NCBI GenBank assembly: GCA_035327585.1
Contig: DAOLDD010000004.1
Coordinates: 93,327-157,326, forward strand
Direction: 5' to 3'
DNA: 64,000 bases
Source of the DNA: Kiritimatiellia bacterium
Lineage (GTDB): Bacteria; Verrucomicrobiota; Kiritimatiellia; CAIVKH01
The notes under the pieces were generated by a model. It was not told the origin of the DNA, made no database searches, and saw only the letters and a list, made by a program, of their open reading frames with translations. The position numbers were made by a program, and so were the translations under genes. Shown here piece by piece: positions 27,307-37,010 of the stretch. Each line of letters opens with the position of its first letter. Positions within the stretch are counted from its first letter, which is position 1.

Positions 27307-29139
27307 ATGCCACGTCTACGCAGTCACACCACCACGCAGGGCCGGCTCATGGCGGGGGCGCGCAGCCTCTGGCGGGCCAACGGGATGAAGGAAAACCAGA
27401 TCGGCAAGCCGATCGTGGCCGTGGTCAATTCCTTCACCCAGTTCGTGCCCGGCCACGCGCACCTGCACGGGGTGGGCCAATTCGTCAAGGGCCTCATCGA
27501 GGCGCAGGGCTGCTTCGCCGCCGAGTTCAACACCATCGCGGTGGATGACGGCATCGCGATGGGCCACGACGGCATGCTCTATTCGCTGCCTTCGCGCGAG
27601 GTGATCGCCGACAGCGTGGAATACATGGTCAACGCGCACATGGCCGACGCGATGGTCTGCATCAGCAACTGCGACAAGATCACGCCCGGCATGCTGATGG
27701 CCGCGATGCGCCTGAACATTCCCACGATCTTTGTGTCGGGCGGCCCGATGGAGGCGGGGCGGGTCGGCGACAAGAAGTACGACCTGGTGGACGCCATGGT
27801 CATGGGCGGCGACAAGAACGTGTCCGAAGAAACGCTGGCGCAGGTCGAACAGTCCGCCTGCCCCACCTGCGGGTCCTGCTCCGGCATGTTCACGGCCAAT
27901 TCGATGAACTGCCTGAACGAGGCGCTGGGCCTGGCCCTGCCCGGCAACGGCACGATCGTGGCGACGCACGCGAACCGGCGCGAACTCTTCGCCCGCGCCG
28001 CGCGCCGCATCGTGGAGATGACCCATGCGTGGTACCGCGACGGCGACGCGTCCGTACTGCCCCGAAATGTCGGAAGCAAGAGCGCCTTCTGCAATGCGAT
28101 GGCGCTGGACGTGGCGATGGGCGGTTCGACGAACACCGTGCTGCACATCCTCGCGATCGCCCACGAGGCGGGGGTGGACTTTACGATGAAGGATATCGAC
28201 GCGATTTCGCGCCGCGTGCCCTGCATCTGCAAGGTGGCGCCCAGTTCGCACTATCACATTGAGGACGTGAACCGCGCCGGCGGCATCCTGCGTATTCTCG
28301 GCGAACTCGACACGGCGGGCCTGCTGGATTCCAGCGTACGCCGCGCGGACGGGTTGACGCTCAAGGAGGCCATCGCGCGCTACGACATCACGCGGCCCGA
28401 TCCGACGGCGGAGGCGCTCGCGATCTACCGCAGCGCGCCCGGCGGCGGCCGCAACCTCACGTTCGCCTCGCAGTCCACGATGTTCGAGCAGCTCGACACG
28501 GACCGGGTGGCGGGGTGCGTGCGCGATGTGGCCCATGCGTACTACCCGGACGGCGGACTCGCCGTGCTCTACGGCAACATCGCCCGCAAGGGGTGCATCG
28601 TGAAAACCGCCGGGGTGGACAAATCGTTGTTCCTCTTCACCGGCAAGGCCCGGATCTTCGAATCCCAGGAGGCGGCCTGCTCCGGCATTCTCAATGGCGA
28701 CATCCAGGCCGGCGACGCGGTGGTGATTCGCTACGAGGGGCCGCGCGGCGGGCCGGGCATGCAGGAAATGCTTTACCCCACCTCCTACCTCAAGTCGCTT
28801 GGCCTCGGCAAAGCCTGCGCGCTGATCACGGACGGTCGTTTCTCCGGCGGCACCTCCGGCCTGTCCATCGGCCACGTGTCGCCCGAAGCGGCGGCGGGCG
28901 GCGCCATTGCGCTGGTGCGGGACGGCGACGCGATTGAAATCAGCATTCCCGACCGTTCGATCCGGCTGGCCGTTTCCGACGAGGAACTGGCGCGGCGCGA
29001 GGCGGCGGAACAGGCCCGCGGCAAGCAGGCCTACCGCCCCGCGACGGAGCGCCCCCGCAAGGTCTCCAACGCCCTGCGCCTCTACGCCCACCACGTCACC
29101 TCCGCCGACCAGGGCGCCGTGCGTGCGCCGATTGAGTAG
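27307..29139 (+). CDS. ilvD: Dihydroxy-acid dehydratase
   Basis: The start is Met at 27307 ([27 protein letters not shown]). Conserved [11 protein letters not shown] and SGGPMEAG. C-terminal [22 protein letters not shown]. Confidence 0.95.
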   Translation: MPRLRSHTTTQGRLMAGARSLWRANGMKENQIGKPIVAVVNSFTQFVPGHAHLHGVGQFVKGLIEAQGCFAAEFNTIAVDDGIAMGHDGMLYSLPSREVIADSVEYMVNAHMADAMVCISNCDKITPGMLMAAMRLNIPTIFVSGGPMEAGRVGDKKYDLVDAMVMGGDKNVSEETLAQVEQSACPTCGSCSGMFTANSMNCLNEALGLALPGNGTIVATHANRRELFARAARRIVEMTHAWYRDGDASVLPRNVGSKSAFCNAMALDVAMGGSTNTVLHILAIAHEAGVDFTMKDIDAISRRVPCICKVAPSSHYHIEDVNRAGGILRILGELDTAGLLDSSVRRADGLTLKEAIARYDITRPDPTAEALAIYRSAPGGGRNLTFASQSTMFEQLDTDRVAGCVRDVAHAYYPDGGLAVLYGNIARKGCIVKTAGVDKSLFLFTGKARIFESQEAACSGILNGDIQAGDAVVIRYEGPRGGPGMQEMLYPTSYLKSLGLGKACALITDGRFSGGTSGLSIGHVSPEAAAGGAIALVRDGDAIEISIPDRSIRLAVSDEELARREAAEQARGKQAYRPATERPRKVSNALRLYAHHVTSADQGAVRAPIE

Positions 29140-29216
29140 GTCGGCGGCAATCCTTGCTTGTTCCCTGTCGCCCCGGCGTGTACATAGGACCGGATTTTAC
29201 ACGCCGGTGAACACCT

Positions 29217-32200
29217 ATGCCCAAACGCACTGATCTCCACAAAATCATGATCATCGGGTCGGGGCCGATTGTGATCGGCCAGGCCTGTGAATTCGACTAT
29301 TCCGGCACGCAGGCGTGCAAGGCGTTGCGCGAGGAGGGCTACTCGGTCGTCCTCATCAACAGCAACCCCGCGACGATCATGACGGACCCGGAGACGGCGG
29401 ATCGGACCTACATTGAGCCGATCACGCCCGAGGCGGTCATCAAGATCATCGAGAAGGAGCGGCCCGACGCGCTGCTGCCGACGCTCGGCGGCCAGACCGC
29501 CCTGAATACCGCGCTCGCGGTGGCGGAGTCCGGCGCGCTGGAAAAATACGGCGTCGAACTCATCGGCGCGCGCGCCGATGTGATTCGCCGCGCGGAGGAC
29601 CGCATCGAATTCAAGGACTGCATGGCGACGGCCGGCGTCGAATGCCTCAAGAGCCGTCTCGTGCACACGATCGAGGAGGCGGTCGAGGCCGCGGACTGGA
29701 TCGGCTACCCGGTCATCATCCGCCCCAGCTTCACGCTCGGCGGCACCGGCGGCGGCACCGCGCACGACCGCGAAGAGCTGGAGCGCATCGCGTACGGCGG
29801 GCTCAAGGCCAGCCTGAACCACACGGTCCTGATCGAGGAGTCGATCATCGGCTGGAAGGAATACGAGCTGGAAGTGATGCGCGACCGGAAGGATAACTGC
29901 GTCATCGTCTGCTCGATTGAAAACGTGGACCCGATGGGCATCCACACCGGCGACAGCGTCACCGTCGCGCCGGTGCAGACGCTGACCGACCGCGAGTACC
30001 AGTTGATGCGCGACGCGGCGATTCGCGTGATGCGCGCGATCGGCGTGGAGACCGGCGGCTCGAACGTGCAGTTCGCGCTCAACCCGAAAAACGGCCGCAT
30101 GGTCGTCATCGAAATGAACCCGCGCGTCTCGCGCAGCTCCGCGCTCGCGTCGAAGGCGACCGGTTTCCCCATTGCGAAAATCGCCGCGAAACTCGCGTGC
30201 GGCTATACGCTCGACGAGATTCCCAACGACATCACGCGCGAGACGCCGGCCTGTTTTGAGCCGACGCTGGACTATACGGTGGTGAAGTTCCCCCGCTTTG
30301 CGTTCGAGAAGTTCCCCGGCGCGGAGGCGCACCTCGGCGTCAGCATGAAGTCGGTTGGCGAGACGATGGCCATCGGCACGAACTTCAAGGAAGCCTACCA
30401 GAAGGCGCTGCGCGGGTTGGAAATCGGCGTGGACGGCTACGACCTGAAGCTTGAGGCGAAAGTCGCTGGCGTGCAGGACGTCGAATCGGAACTTAAGAAG
30501 CCGCGCGCCGACCGGCACTTCCTCATCAAGCGCGCGCTCAAGATGGGCATCCCGCCCGCGCGCATCTGCGAACTCACCGGCTTCGACCCGTGGTTCATGG
30601 ACAATTTCGCCGAGATCGTCGAGATGGAGCGCAAACTCGTCGCGATGCCGTCGGACAAGCCGCTGCCGAACGAATTGCTCAAGGCCGCAAAACGGATCGG
30701 CTTCTCCGACAAGCAAATTGCCGCGCTGCGCGGGCAGGACGTGAAGGAGTCCGACATCCGCGACCAGCGGCTCGCCGCCGGGATCAAGCCGGTCTACCGC
30801 CTCGTTGACACCTGCGCCGGCGAGTTCGAGGCCTACACGCCGTATTTCTATTCCAGCTACCAGACGCTCGACCAGTCGCGCGTGACGGACAAGAAGAAGG
30901 TCATCATCCTGAGCAGCGGGCCGAACCGGATCGGGCAGGGGATCGAATTCGACTACTGCTGCGTGCACACCGTGAAGGCCGCGCGCGAACTCGGCTTCGA
31001 AGCCATCATGGTCAACAGCAACCCCGAGACCGTGTCCACCGACTACGACACGTCGGACAAGCTGTACTTCGAGCCGCTCACGTTTGAAGACGTGATGAAC
31101 ATCTACGAGAACGAGAAGCCGTATGGCGTCATCGTGCAGATGGGCGGCCAGACGCCGCTGAACCTCGCCGTGCCGCTGCTGAAGGCGGGCTGCAACGTGC
31201 TCGGCACGTCGGCGGACAGCATCGACATCGCGGAGGACCGCAAGCGCTGCCGCGAGCTGTTGGATAGGCTCGGCCTGCGTCAGCCGGCGAGCGACACGGT
31301 CACCTCCGTGCAGGAGGCCGCCGCGGTTGCGCGCAAAATCGGCTATCCCGTGATGATCCGCCCGTCCTACGTGCTCGGCGGACGCGCGATGATGGTGGCG
31401 TATGGCGACCATGAACTTGGCCCTTTCGTGGAAGCGGCGTTCCTCGCGAGCCCCGGGTTCCCCGTCTTGATCGATCGCTACTTGGAGCGCGCGACGGAGG
31501 TCGATGTGGACGTGCTGTGCGACGCCAAGGACGTGTACATCGGCGGCGTGATGCAGCACGTCGAGGTGGCCGGCATCCATTCCGGCGACAGCGCCTGCGC
31601 GACCCCTCCGCACACACTGCCGAAGGCCATTGTCGACGAAATCAAGGCGGCCTGTGCGCGCATCGCCCTCGCGCTAGAGGTCAAGGGCCTGCTCAACGTC
31701 CAGATGGCGGTGAAGGACGGCGAGATTTACGTGATCGAGATCAACCCGCGCGCCTCGCGCACGGTGCCGTATGTCAGCAAGGCGAGCGGCGTTCCGCTGG
31801 CGCGCCTCGCGGCGAAGGTCGCGCTCGGCATGACGCTGAGGGAACTCGGCCTCACGAAACCGGCGGCGGACATGCCGTGGTGCGCGGTGAAGGAGGCGGT
31901 GCTGCCGTTCAACCGGTTCCCTGGCGTCGACCCGATCCTCGGGCCGGAAATGAAGTCGACCGGCGAGGTGATGGGCATCGACAAGAATTTCGAGCTCGCC
32001 TACTGGAAGAGCCAGATCGCGGCGGGCCAGAAGCTGCCCAACGAGGGCCAGGTGTTCCTGAGCGCGCGCGACAGCGACAAGCCGTGGATGGTGAAGATCG
32101 GCCAGGACCTTGTGTCAATGGGCTTCTCGCTCGTGGCCACCGCGGGTACCGCGCAGGCGCTGCATCAGGCCGGTTTGGATTCCGAACTCGTGCGCAAGCT

Positions 32201-32441
32201 GGTGGATGGAGAGCATCCCAACGTGTTGGATTTGATGAAAAAGAGCGAGATTCAGATGGTGATCAACACGCCCAGCAGCCTCGTGGCGCGCGCGGACGAG
32301 ATCAAGATTCGCGCCGAGGCGATCAGCCGAGGCATCCCGATTGTCACGACGGAAGACGGCGCGCACGCCACCGTCAACGCCATCGCCTACGTGCGGAAGC
32401 ACGGCTGGGAAGTCAACGCGCTACAGGATTATCTGGCGTGA
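29217..32441 (+). CDS. carB: Carbamoyl-phosphate synthase large subunit
   Basis: 1074 aa. Starts [42 protein letters not shown]. Duplicated ATP-grasp halves. C-terminal MGS-like domain. Confidence 0.95.
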   Translation: MPKRTDLHKIMIIGSGPIVIGQACEFDYSGTQACKALREEGYSVVLINSNPATIMTDPETADRTYIEPITPEAVIKIIEKERPDALLPTLGGQTALNTALAVAESGALEKYGVELIGARADVIRRAEDRIEFKDCMATAGVECLKSRLVHTIEEAVEAADWIGYPVIIRPSFTLGGTGGGTAHDREELERIAYGGLKASLNHTVLIEESIIGWKEYELEVMRDRKDNCVIVCSIENVDPMGIHTGDSVTVAPVQTLTDREYQLMRDAAIRVMRAIGVETGGSNVQFALNPKNGRMVVIEMNPRVSRSSALASKATGFPIAKIAAKLACGYTLDEIPNDITRETPACFEPTLDYTVVKFPRFAFEKFPGAEAHLGVSMKSVGETMAIGTNFKEAYQKALRGLEIGVDGYDLKLEAKVAGVQDVESELKKPRADRHFLIKRALKMGIPPARICELTGFDPWFMDNFAEIVEMERKLVAMPSDKPLPNELLKAAKRIGFSDKQIAALRGQDVKESDIRDQRLAAGIKPVYRLVDTCAGEFEAYTPYFYSSYQTLDQSRVTDKKKVIILSSGPNRIGQGIEFDYCCVHTVKAARELGFEAIMVNSNPETVSTDYDTSDKLYFEPLTFEDVMNIYENEKPYGVIVQMGGQTPLNLAVPLLKAGCNVLGTSADSIDIAEDRKRCRELLDRLGLRQPASDTVTSVQEAAAVARKIGYPVMIRPSYVLGGRAMMVAYGDHELGPFVEAAFLASPGFPVLIDRYLERATEVDVDVLCDAKDVYIGGVMQHVEVAGIHSGDSACATPPHTLPKAIVDEIKAACARIALALEVKGLLNVQMAVKDGEIYVIEINPRASRTVPYVSKASGVPLARLAAKVALGMTLRELGLTKPAADMPWCAVKEAVLPFNRFPGVDPILGPEMKSTGEVMGIDKNFELAYWKSQIAAGQKLPNEGQVFLSARDSDKPWMVKIGQDLVSMGFSLVATAGTAQALHQAGLDSELVRKLVDGEHPNVLDLMKKSEIQMVINTPSSLVARADEIKIRAEAISRGIPIVTTEDGAHATVNAIAYVRKHGWEVNALQDYLA

Positions 32442-32495
32442 ACATTCCCACCCTCATCGAGGGCGGCTACAGAAACAAAAAAGGGGAGTACGACC

Positions 32496-32915
32496 ATGGG
32501 TATGCTGAAAGAGTTCCGCGATTTCGCGATGAAGGGCAACGTGATGGATCTCGCCATTGGCGTGATCATCGGCGGCGCGTTTGGAAAAATCACGACCTCG
32601 CTGGTGAACGACGTGTTCATGCCGGTGCTCGGGCTGGTGCTGGGCAAGATCAACTTTGCCAATTTGTTCGTGGCGCTTGATGGCGAGACCTACGTCTCGG
32701 TTGAAGCCGCGAAAGCCGCCGGCGCGCCGATCATTACCTACGGCTTGTTCATCAACGTCGTCGTGGACTTCGTGATCGTCGCGTTCGCGCTCTTCCTCGT
32801 GGTCAAGGCGTTGAACAACCTGAAGCGGAAGCAGGAAGCCGCCCCGGCCGCGCCCGCCGCGCCGCCCGCGGATGTCGTGCTCCTGACCGAAATTCGCGAC
32901 CTGCTGAAGAAGTAA
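32496..32915 (+). CDS. mscL: Large-conductance mechanosensitive channel
   Basis: 139 aa. The segment [28 protein letters not shown] is the hallmark MscL TM1 region. Confidence 0.9.
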   Translation: MGMLKEFRDFAMKGNVMDLAIGVIIGGAFGKITTSLVNDVFMPVLGLVLGKINFANLFVALDGETYVSVEAAKAAGAPIITYGLFINVVVDFVIVAFALFLVVKALNNLKRKQEAAPAAPAAPPADVVLLTEIRDLLKK

Positions 32916-32980
32916 TCACCCGCTCTCTTCCCGGCAGGGGTGAGGGGCTGATAACATAACGTTGGAACGAAATGCAGGGC

Positions 32981-33051
32981 TGTAGTTCCGGCGCTCCGTC
33001 GCCGGAAAAGCCAGGGCAAGAACCTCCGGCGGCAGAGCGCCGGAGCTACAA
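32981..33051. repeat. Long imperfect inverted repeat (about 15-bp arms, about 40-nt spacer with a nested CGCCGG/CCGGCG stem) downstream of mscL
   Basis: The arm tgtagttccggcgctc at 32981-32996 is near-complementary to gagcgccggagctaca at 33036-33051. The inner sequence cgccggaaaag...cctccggcg forms a second stem. Confidence 0.4.
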
Positions 33052-33121
33052 GGGCCAACGCGTGTCCAGAGCGTGTTGATCGTATGATGTGACGGTTGAT
33101 GTCAAATTGGAGAATGGAATC

Positions 33122-33829
33122 ATGAAAAAACTGATCGCAGCTGTGTTGGTGGCCGGCGTGTTGTCCGCGCATGCGGAGGAGAAGGCGCCGTCCGAAAACT
33201 CGATCGCGCTCGGCGTGACCATGACCGACGGCAACAGCGACACGTTGCTGGCGACCGTGGGTCTTGAGCACAACCGGAAGCGCGACGGGTACTCGCTCCG
33301 CCTCGCGTTGGACGGCGCGTATGGCGAGGACAAGGACGAGACCACGACGGAAAACGTCAAGGGCGTTGGCGAGTATCGGAAGTTGTTGTCCGAACGCGCG
33401 TACATCCTCGGCAGCCTTTCCGCGCTGTATGACAGCATCGCGGACGTCGATTACCGCGTAATTGTCGGCGTGGGGCCCGGCTACTTCCTGATGAAGGACG
33501 AAGCGGCCTCGTTGGGCGTCGAAGTCGGTCCCGCGTTCATCGCGGAGGAAGTGGGCGGCGTGGAAAGCGAGGAGTGGGCACTCCGCGTCGGCCAACGCTA
33601 CGAACGCCAGTTGAGCCCGACCGCGAAGACCTGGCAGTCGCTCGAATACCTTCCGCTGGTGGATGACTTCGACGACTACCTGCTCAACGCCGAAATCGGG
33701 ATTGAAGCGGCCATCAACAGCCGCGCCTCCATCCGCCTCGTCGTGAAGAACGCCTACGACAGCACCCCCGCCGCGGATGCGGAAAAGAGCGACACCACGC
33801 TCATTGGCGCGCTGGCCTTCCAGTTGTAA
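33122..33829 (+). CDS. DUF481-family outer membrane protein (YdiY-like)
   Basis: The start is Met at 33122 (MKKLIAAVLVAGVLSAHA, signal peptide). Beta-strand-rich. C-terminal ...LIGALAFQL. Typical of the DUF481 family. Confidence 0.6.
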   Translation: MKKLIAAVLVAGVLSAHAEEKAPSENSIALGVTMTDGNSDTLLATVGLEHNRKRDGYSLRLALDGAYGEDKDETTTENVKGVGEYRKLLSERAYILGSLSALYDSIADVDYRVIVGVGPGYFLMKDEAASLGVEVGPAFIAEEVGGVESEEWALRVGQRYERQLSPTAKTWQSLEYLPLVDDFDDYLLNAEIGIEAAINSRASIRLVVKNAYDSTPAADAEKSDTTLIGALAFQL

Positions 33830-33852
33830 AGAATCCGCCATCGTGTAGTCTT

Positions 33853-33889
33853 ACGGGCGGCCCGCGGGGGCCGCCCGTTCGCTTTTATC
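33853..33889 (+). terminator. Rho-independent terminator after the DUF481 gene
   Basis: GC-rich stem gggcggcccgc / gcgggccgccc with a gcgg loop, followed by gttcgcttttat. Confidence 0.6.
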
Positions 33890-33905
33890 GTCCGAAGGAG
33901 GCGTC

Positions 33906-36323
33906 ATGCAGGACTTCGAGAAACTTGGGGCGTTCTATCTGGGCAAGGAATTCGAGCTCGGTGCGGGACGGCGCACGGACAACCTGCTGTTGTACGACGC
34001 CAAGGACCTGACAACGCATGGCGTCATCGTGGGTATGACCGGCAGCGGGAAAACCGGGTTGGCTTTGTCGCTGCTGGAGGAGGCCGCGATCGACGGCATA
34101 CCGACCATCGCCATCGACCCTAAGGGTGACCTCGGCAACCTGCTGCTGGCGTTTCCCGACCTTCAGCCCTCGGATTTCCGCCCCTGGATCGACCCCGCGG
34201 AAGCGACGCGCAAAGGAATGGACGCGGACGCGTTCGCCGCGAAGACGGCGGAAACCTGGCGGAACGGGCTGGCCGAATGGGGCCAGGATGGCGCGCGCAT
34301 CCGGCGCTTCAAAGACGCCGTGGACCTCGCGATCTATACGCCGGGCAATGCGGCGGGACGTCCCCTGCAAATCCTCCGTTCCTTCGCGGCGCCGTCCGCC
34401 GAGACGTTGCAGGACGCATCCGCACTGCGCGAGCGCATCATGTCCGCGGTTTCGGGCCTGCTGGGCTTGATGGGCATCAACGCCGACCCGATCCAGAGCC
34501 GGGAACACATCCTGCTCTCCAATATTTTTGACCGCGCATGGCGCGACGGCCGCGGCCTCGACATCGCCGCGATTATCGGGGAAATCCAGAAGCCGCCGTT
34601 CGAAAAAATAGGCGTCTTCGACCTTGAATCCTTCTATCCCGCGAAAGATCGCTTCGGCCTCGCCATGGCGCTCAACAACCTCATTGCGTCGCCCGGTTTT
34701 TCCGCGTGGATGGAGGGGGAGCCGCTCGACATCCAGCGCCTGCTCTACACGCCCGAGGGCAAGCCGCGCATCGCGATTCTCTCCATCGCGCACCTGTCCG
34801 ACGCGGAGCGCATGTTCTTTGTGACGATCCTGCTGAACGAGGTGCTCTCGTGGGTCCGCGCGCAATCGGGCACCAGCAGCCTGCGCGCGCTGCTCTACAT
34901 GGATGAAATCTTCGGCTACTTCCCGCCCACCGCGAACCCACCGTCGAAGATCCCGATGCTGACGCTGCTCAAACAGGCGCGCGCGTTTGGTGTCGGCGTC
35001 GTGCTGTCTACGCAGAACCCGGTGGACCTCGACTACAAAGGCCTCGCGAACGCGGGTACCTGGTGGATTGGCCGCCTGCAAACCGAGCGCGACAAGATGC
35101 GCGTTGTGGAAGGGCTCGAAGGCGCTGCAGCCACCGCGGGCGCGGGTTTTGATCGTGGACAGATCGAGCAGATCCTCGCCGGTTTGGGCAATCGTGTCTT
35201 CCTGATGCGCAATGTGCACGACGACGAACCGGTCGTATTCCAAAGTCGCTGGGCGCTGAGCTATCTGCGCGGTCCCATGACCCTGCCCCAAATCAAGCAG
35301 GCGATGTCGCGTTCCCCGTCAGCCTCCGCCTCGGTCTCGGAGTCGGTATCGGAATCGCCTGTGGTCCCTTCATCAACACCCTCCGTCTCCGCCCGCCCCG
35401 TCCTCCCCCCCGAAATCGCCGAATACTTTTTGCGCCCCGCCAACCCAACGGGCGACCTCGTGTACCGCGCGAGCGTGATCGGCGTGAGCAAGCTGCACTT
35501 CGTGGATGCGAAGGCCGGCGTGGATACGTGGGTAACACGCTCGCTGATCGCCCCGGTGGGCGAGGATGGATTTGCAGATTGGGAGGCCGCACGTGTGGAA
35601 GGCGACCTCAAGGGCGTCCTGGATCGCCAGCCCATGAGCGGTGCTTCGTTTGGCGCCGTGCCGGCTGCCGCGACGCGCAAGCAAAGCGCGAACCATTGGC
35701 AAAAGACGCTGGAGGCGCATTTGTACCAGCATGTCACGCTCGACCTCTTTGTCTGTCCGGCGCTCAAGATGACCTCGCGTCCGGATGAGCCCGCGGGGGA
35801 TTTCACCGCGCGCGTAGGGCAGGCCCTGCGCGAGAAGCGCGATGAAGAGGTCGGGAAACTGAAGGCCAAATACGCGACGCGGCTGCAGACGCTGACGGAT
35901 CGGATTCGTCGCGCGGAGGAAAAAGTTGCCCGCGAGAAGGCGCAGGCCGGTCAGCAGAAACTTTCGACAGCGCTCGGATTGGGCGCGACGATCTTGGGCG
36001 CGCTGATGGGGCGGCGTGTCATGACCGCCGGCAATGTGTCGCGCGCCGCATCGACGATGAAATCCGCCGGCCGCATCAGCAAGGAGGCCGCCGATGTCGA
36101 GCGAGCGGGCGAATCGCTGGAGGTGACGAAACAGCGAATGGCCGAACTGGAGCAGCAGTTCGAGTCCGAGATCGAAGCCTTGCAGGGCCAGTGGGACCCG
36201 GATAGCGCGACAATCGACACCACGCAGGTGCGTCCGCGCAAATCGGATATCACCATTGGCGCCGTCGGCCTGTGCTGGACGCCGTGGCGCAAGGCGGCGG
36301 ACGGGTTGGTGGAGCCGGCATGA
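33906..36323 (+). CDS. HerA/FtsK-superfamily P-loop ATPase (DUF853/AAA-like domain) with long C-terminal coiled-coil region
   Basis: 805 aa. Walker A GMTGSGKTGLALSLLEE. Walker B in LLYMDEIFGYFP (hhhhDE). An arginine-finger-like conserved block. The C-terminal third is Ala/Glu/Lys/Arg-rich coiled coil. Translationally coupled (ATGA) to the cvpA-like gene. Confidence 0.6.
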   Translation: MQDFEKLGAFYLGKEFELGAGRRTDNLLLYDAKDLTTHGVIVGMTGSGKTGLALSLLEEAAIDGIPTIAIDPKGDLGNLLLAFPDLQPSDFRPWIDPAEATRKGMDADAFAAKTAETWRNGLAEWGQDGARIRRFKDAVDLAIYTPGNAAGRPLQILRSFAAPSAETLQDASALRERIMSAVSGLLGLMGINADPIQSREHILLSNIFDRAWRDGRGLDIAAIIGEIQKPPFEKIGVFDLESFYPAKDRFGLAMALNNLIASPGFSAWMEGEPLDIQRLLYTPEGKPRIAILSIAHLSDAERMFFVTILLNEVLSWVRAQSGTSSLRALLYMDEIFGYFPPTANPPSKIPMLTLLKQARAFGVGVVLSTQNPVDLDYKGLANAGTWWIGRLQTERDKMRVVEGLEGAAATAGAGFDRGQIEQILAGLGNRVFLMRNVHDDEPVVFQSRWALSYLRGPMTLPQIKQAMSRSPSASASVSESVSESPVVPSSTPSVSARPVLPPEIAEYFLRPANPTGDLVYRASVIGVSKLHFVDAKAGVDTWVTRSLIAPVGEDGFADWEAARVEGDLKGVLDRQPMSGASFGAVPAAATRKQSANHWQKTLEAHLYQHVTLDLFVCPALKMTSRPDEPAGDFTARVGQALREKRDEEVGKLKAKYATRLQTLTDRIRRAEEKVAREKAQAGQQKLSTALGLGATILGALMGRRVMTAGNVSRAASTMKSAGRISKEAADVERAGESLEVTKQRMAELEQQFESEIEALQGQWDPDSATIDTTQVRPRKSDITIGAVGLCWTPWRKAADGLVEPA

Positions 36324-36754
36324 ATACCATCGATTTGATCTCCGCCCTGTACGTGGCTTTCGGCGCCTGGCGCGGGCGCGCGCGAGGGTTGGCCGATGAA
36401 GGATTTCGTCTCCTGCGCATGGCGGTCGCCTTTGCCGCGGGGTGTGGGCTCTACGGGTTGGTCAGCGGCCTGCTCAAGAAGCTGCTGTCGCTGGGCGGAG
36501 ACATTTCGGGACCGATGGGTTTTGCGCTCACGCTGGGCGGCGCCTGGTACCTGCTCGGCTTGGCAAAGAAGTCGTTTGCCGCTTTCCTCACCGCGCGATT
36601 TGCCCCGCACGCGGCGTTGGGCGGCGCCATCGCCGGGGCGCTCCGCACGCTCCTGATCGTGTTGAGCGTGGTGGGCGTTCTCAATCTGTCGAATCAGGAC
36701 GGTGTTTCCGGCGGGTCAGTGGTCAGCCGGATCGCGGAATGGGTGATGCCTTGA
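36320..36754 (+). CDS. CvpA-family membrane protein (colicin V production protein-like)
   Basis: The start is Met at 36320 (MNTIDLISALYVAFGAWRGRARGL). N-terminal pattern and four TM helices typical of CvpA. Confidence 0.55.
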   Translation: MNTIDLISALYVAFGAWRGRARGLADEGFRLLRMAVAFAAGCGLYGLVSGLLKKLLSLGGDISGPMGFALTLGGAWYLLGLAKKSFAAFLTARFAPHAALGGAIAGALRTLLIVLSVVGVLNLSNQDGVSGGSVVSRIAEWVMP

Positions 36755-36806
36755 GGAAGGCACAAAGGGACCAAGGCACAGAGGCACAAAGGGAAGGGGC
36801 GAAACA

Positions 36807-36914
36807 ATGAACGAGCTTGTCAGTCAGTTGGTGTCTCAGTTGGGTGTGCAGGAGTGGCAGGCCACCGGTGGACCAGAAATCGTTAATTTGCTCTCGTTGG
36901 TGTTAAGGAAATAG
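36807..36914 (+). CDS. Small ORF (35 aa, MNELVSQLVSQLGVQEWQATGGPEIVNLLSLVLRK) followed by a hairpin; possible leader peptide/small protein upstream of the RyR-ATPase gene
   Basis: ATG at 36807 preceded by a purine-rich SD-like sequence. The ORF sits in a low-GC intergenic patch. An inverted repeat cgggcacgaa...ttcgtgccg lies at about 36918-36960. Confidence 0.25.
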   Translation: MNELVSQLVSQLGVQEWQATGGPEIVNLLSLVLRK

Positions 36915-37010
36915 TACGGTCGGGCACGAAGCCACGTCTGGACGCACGTAGTTTCGTGCCGCAGGGAGGTATGCGGCGGACGAAGCCCGTGCAGCCAACC
37001 CGGGAGGCAC

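Noticed and set aside
27316-31613. 592-aa and 843-aa minus-strand ORFs
   Set aside because: They are antisense to ilvD and carB respectively.
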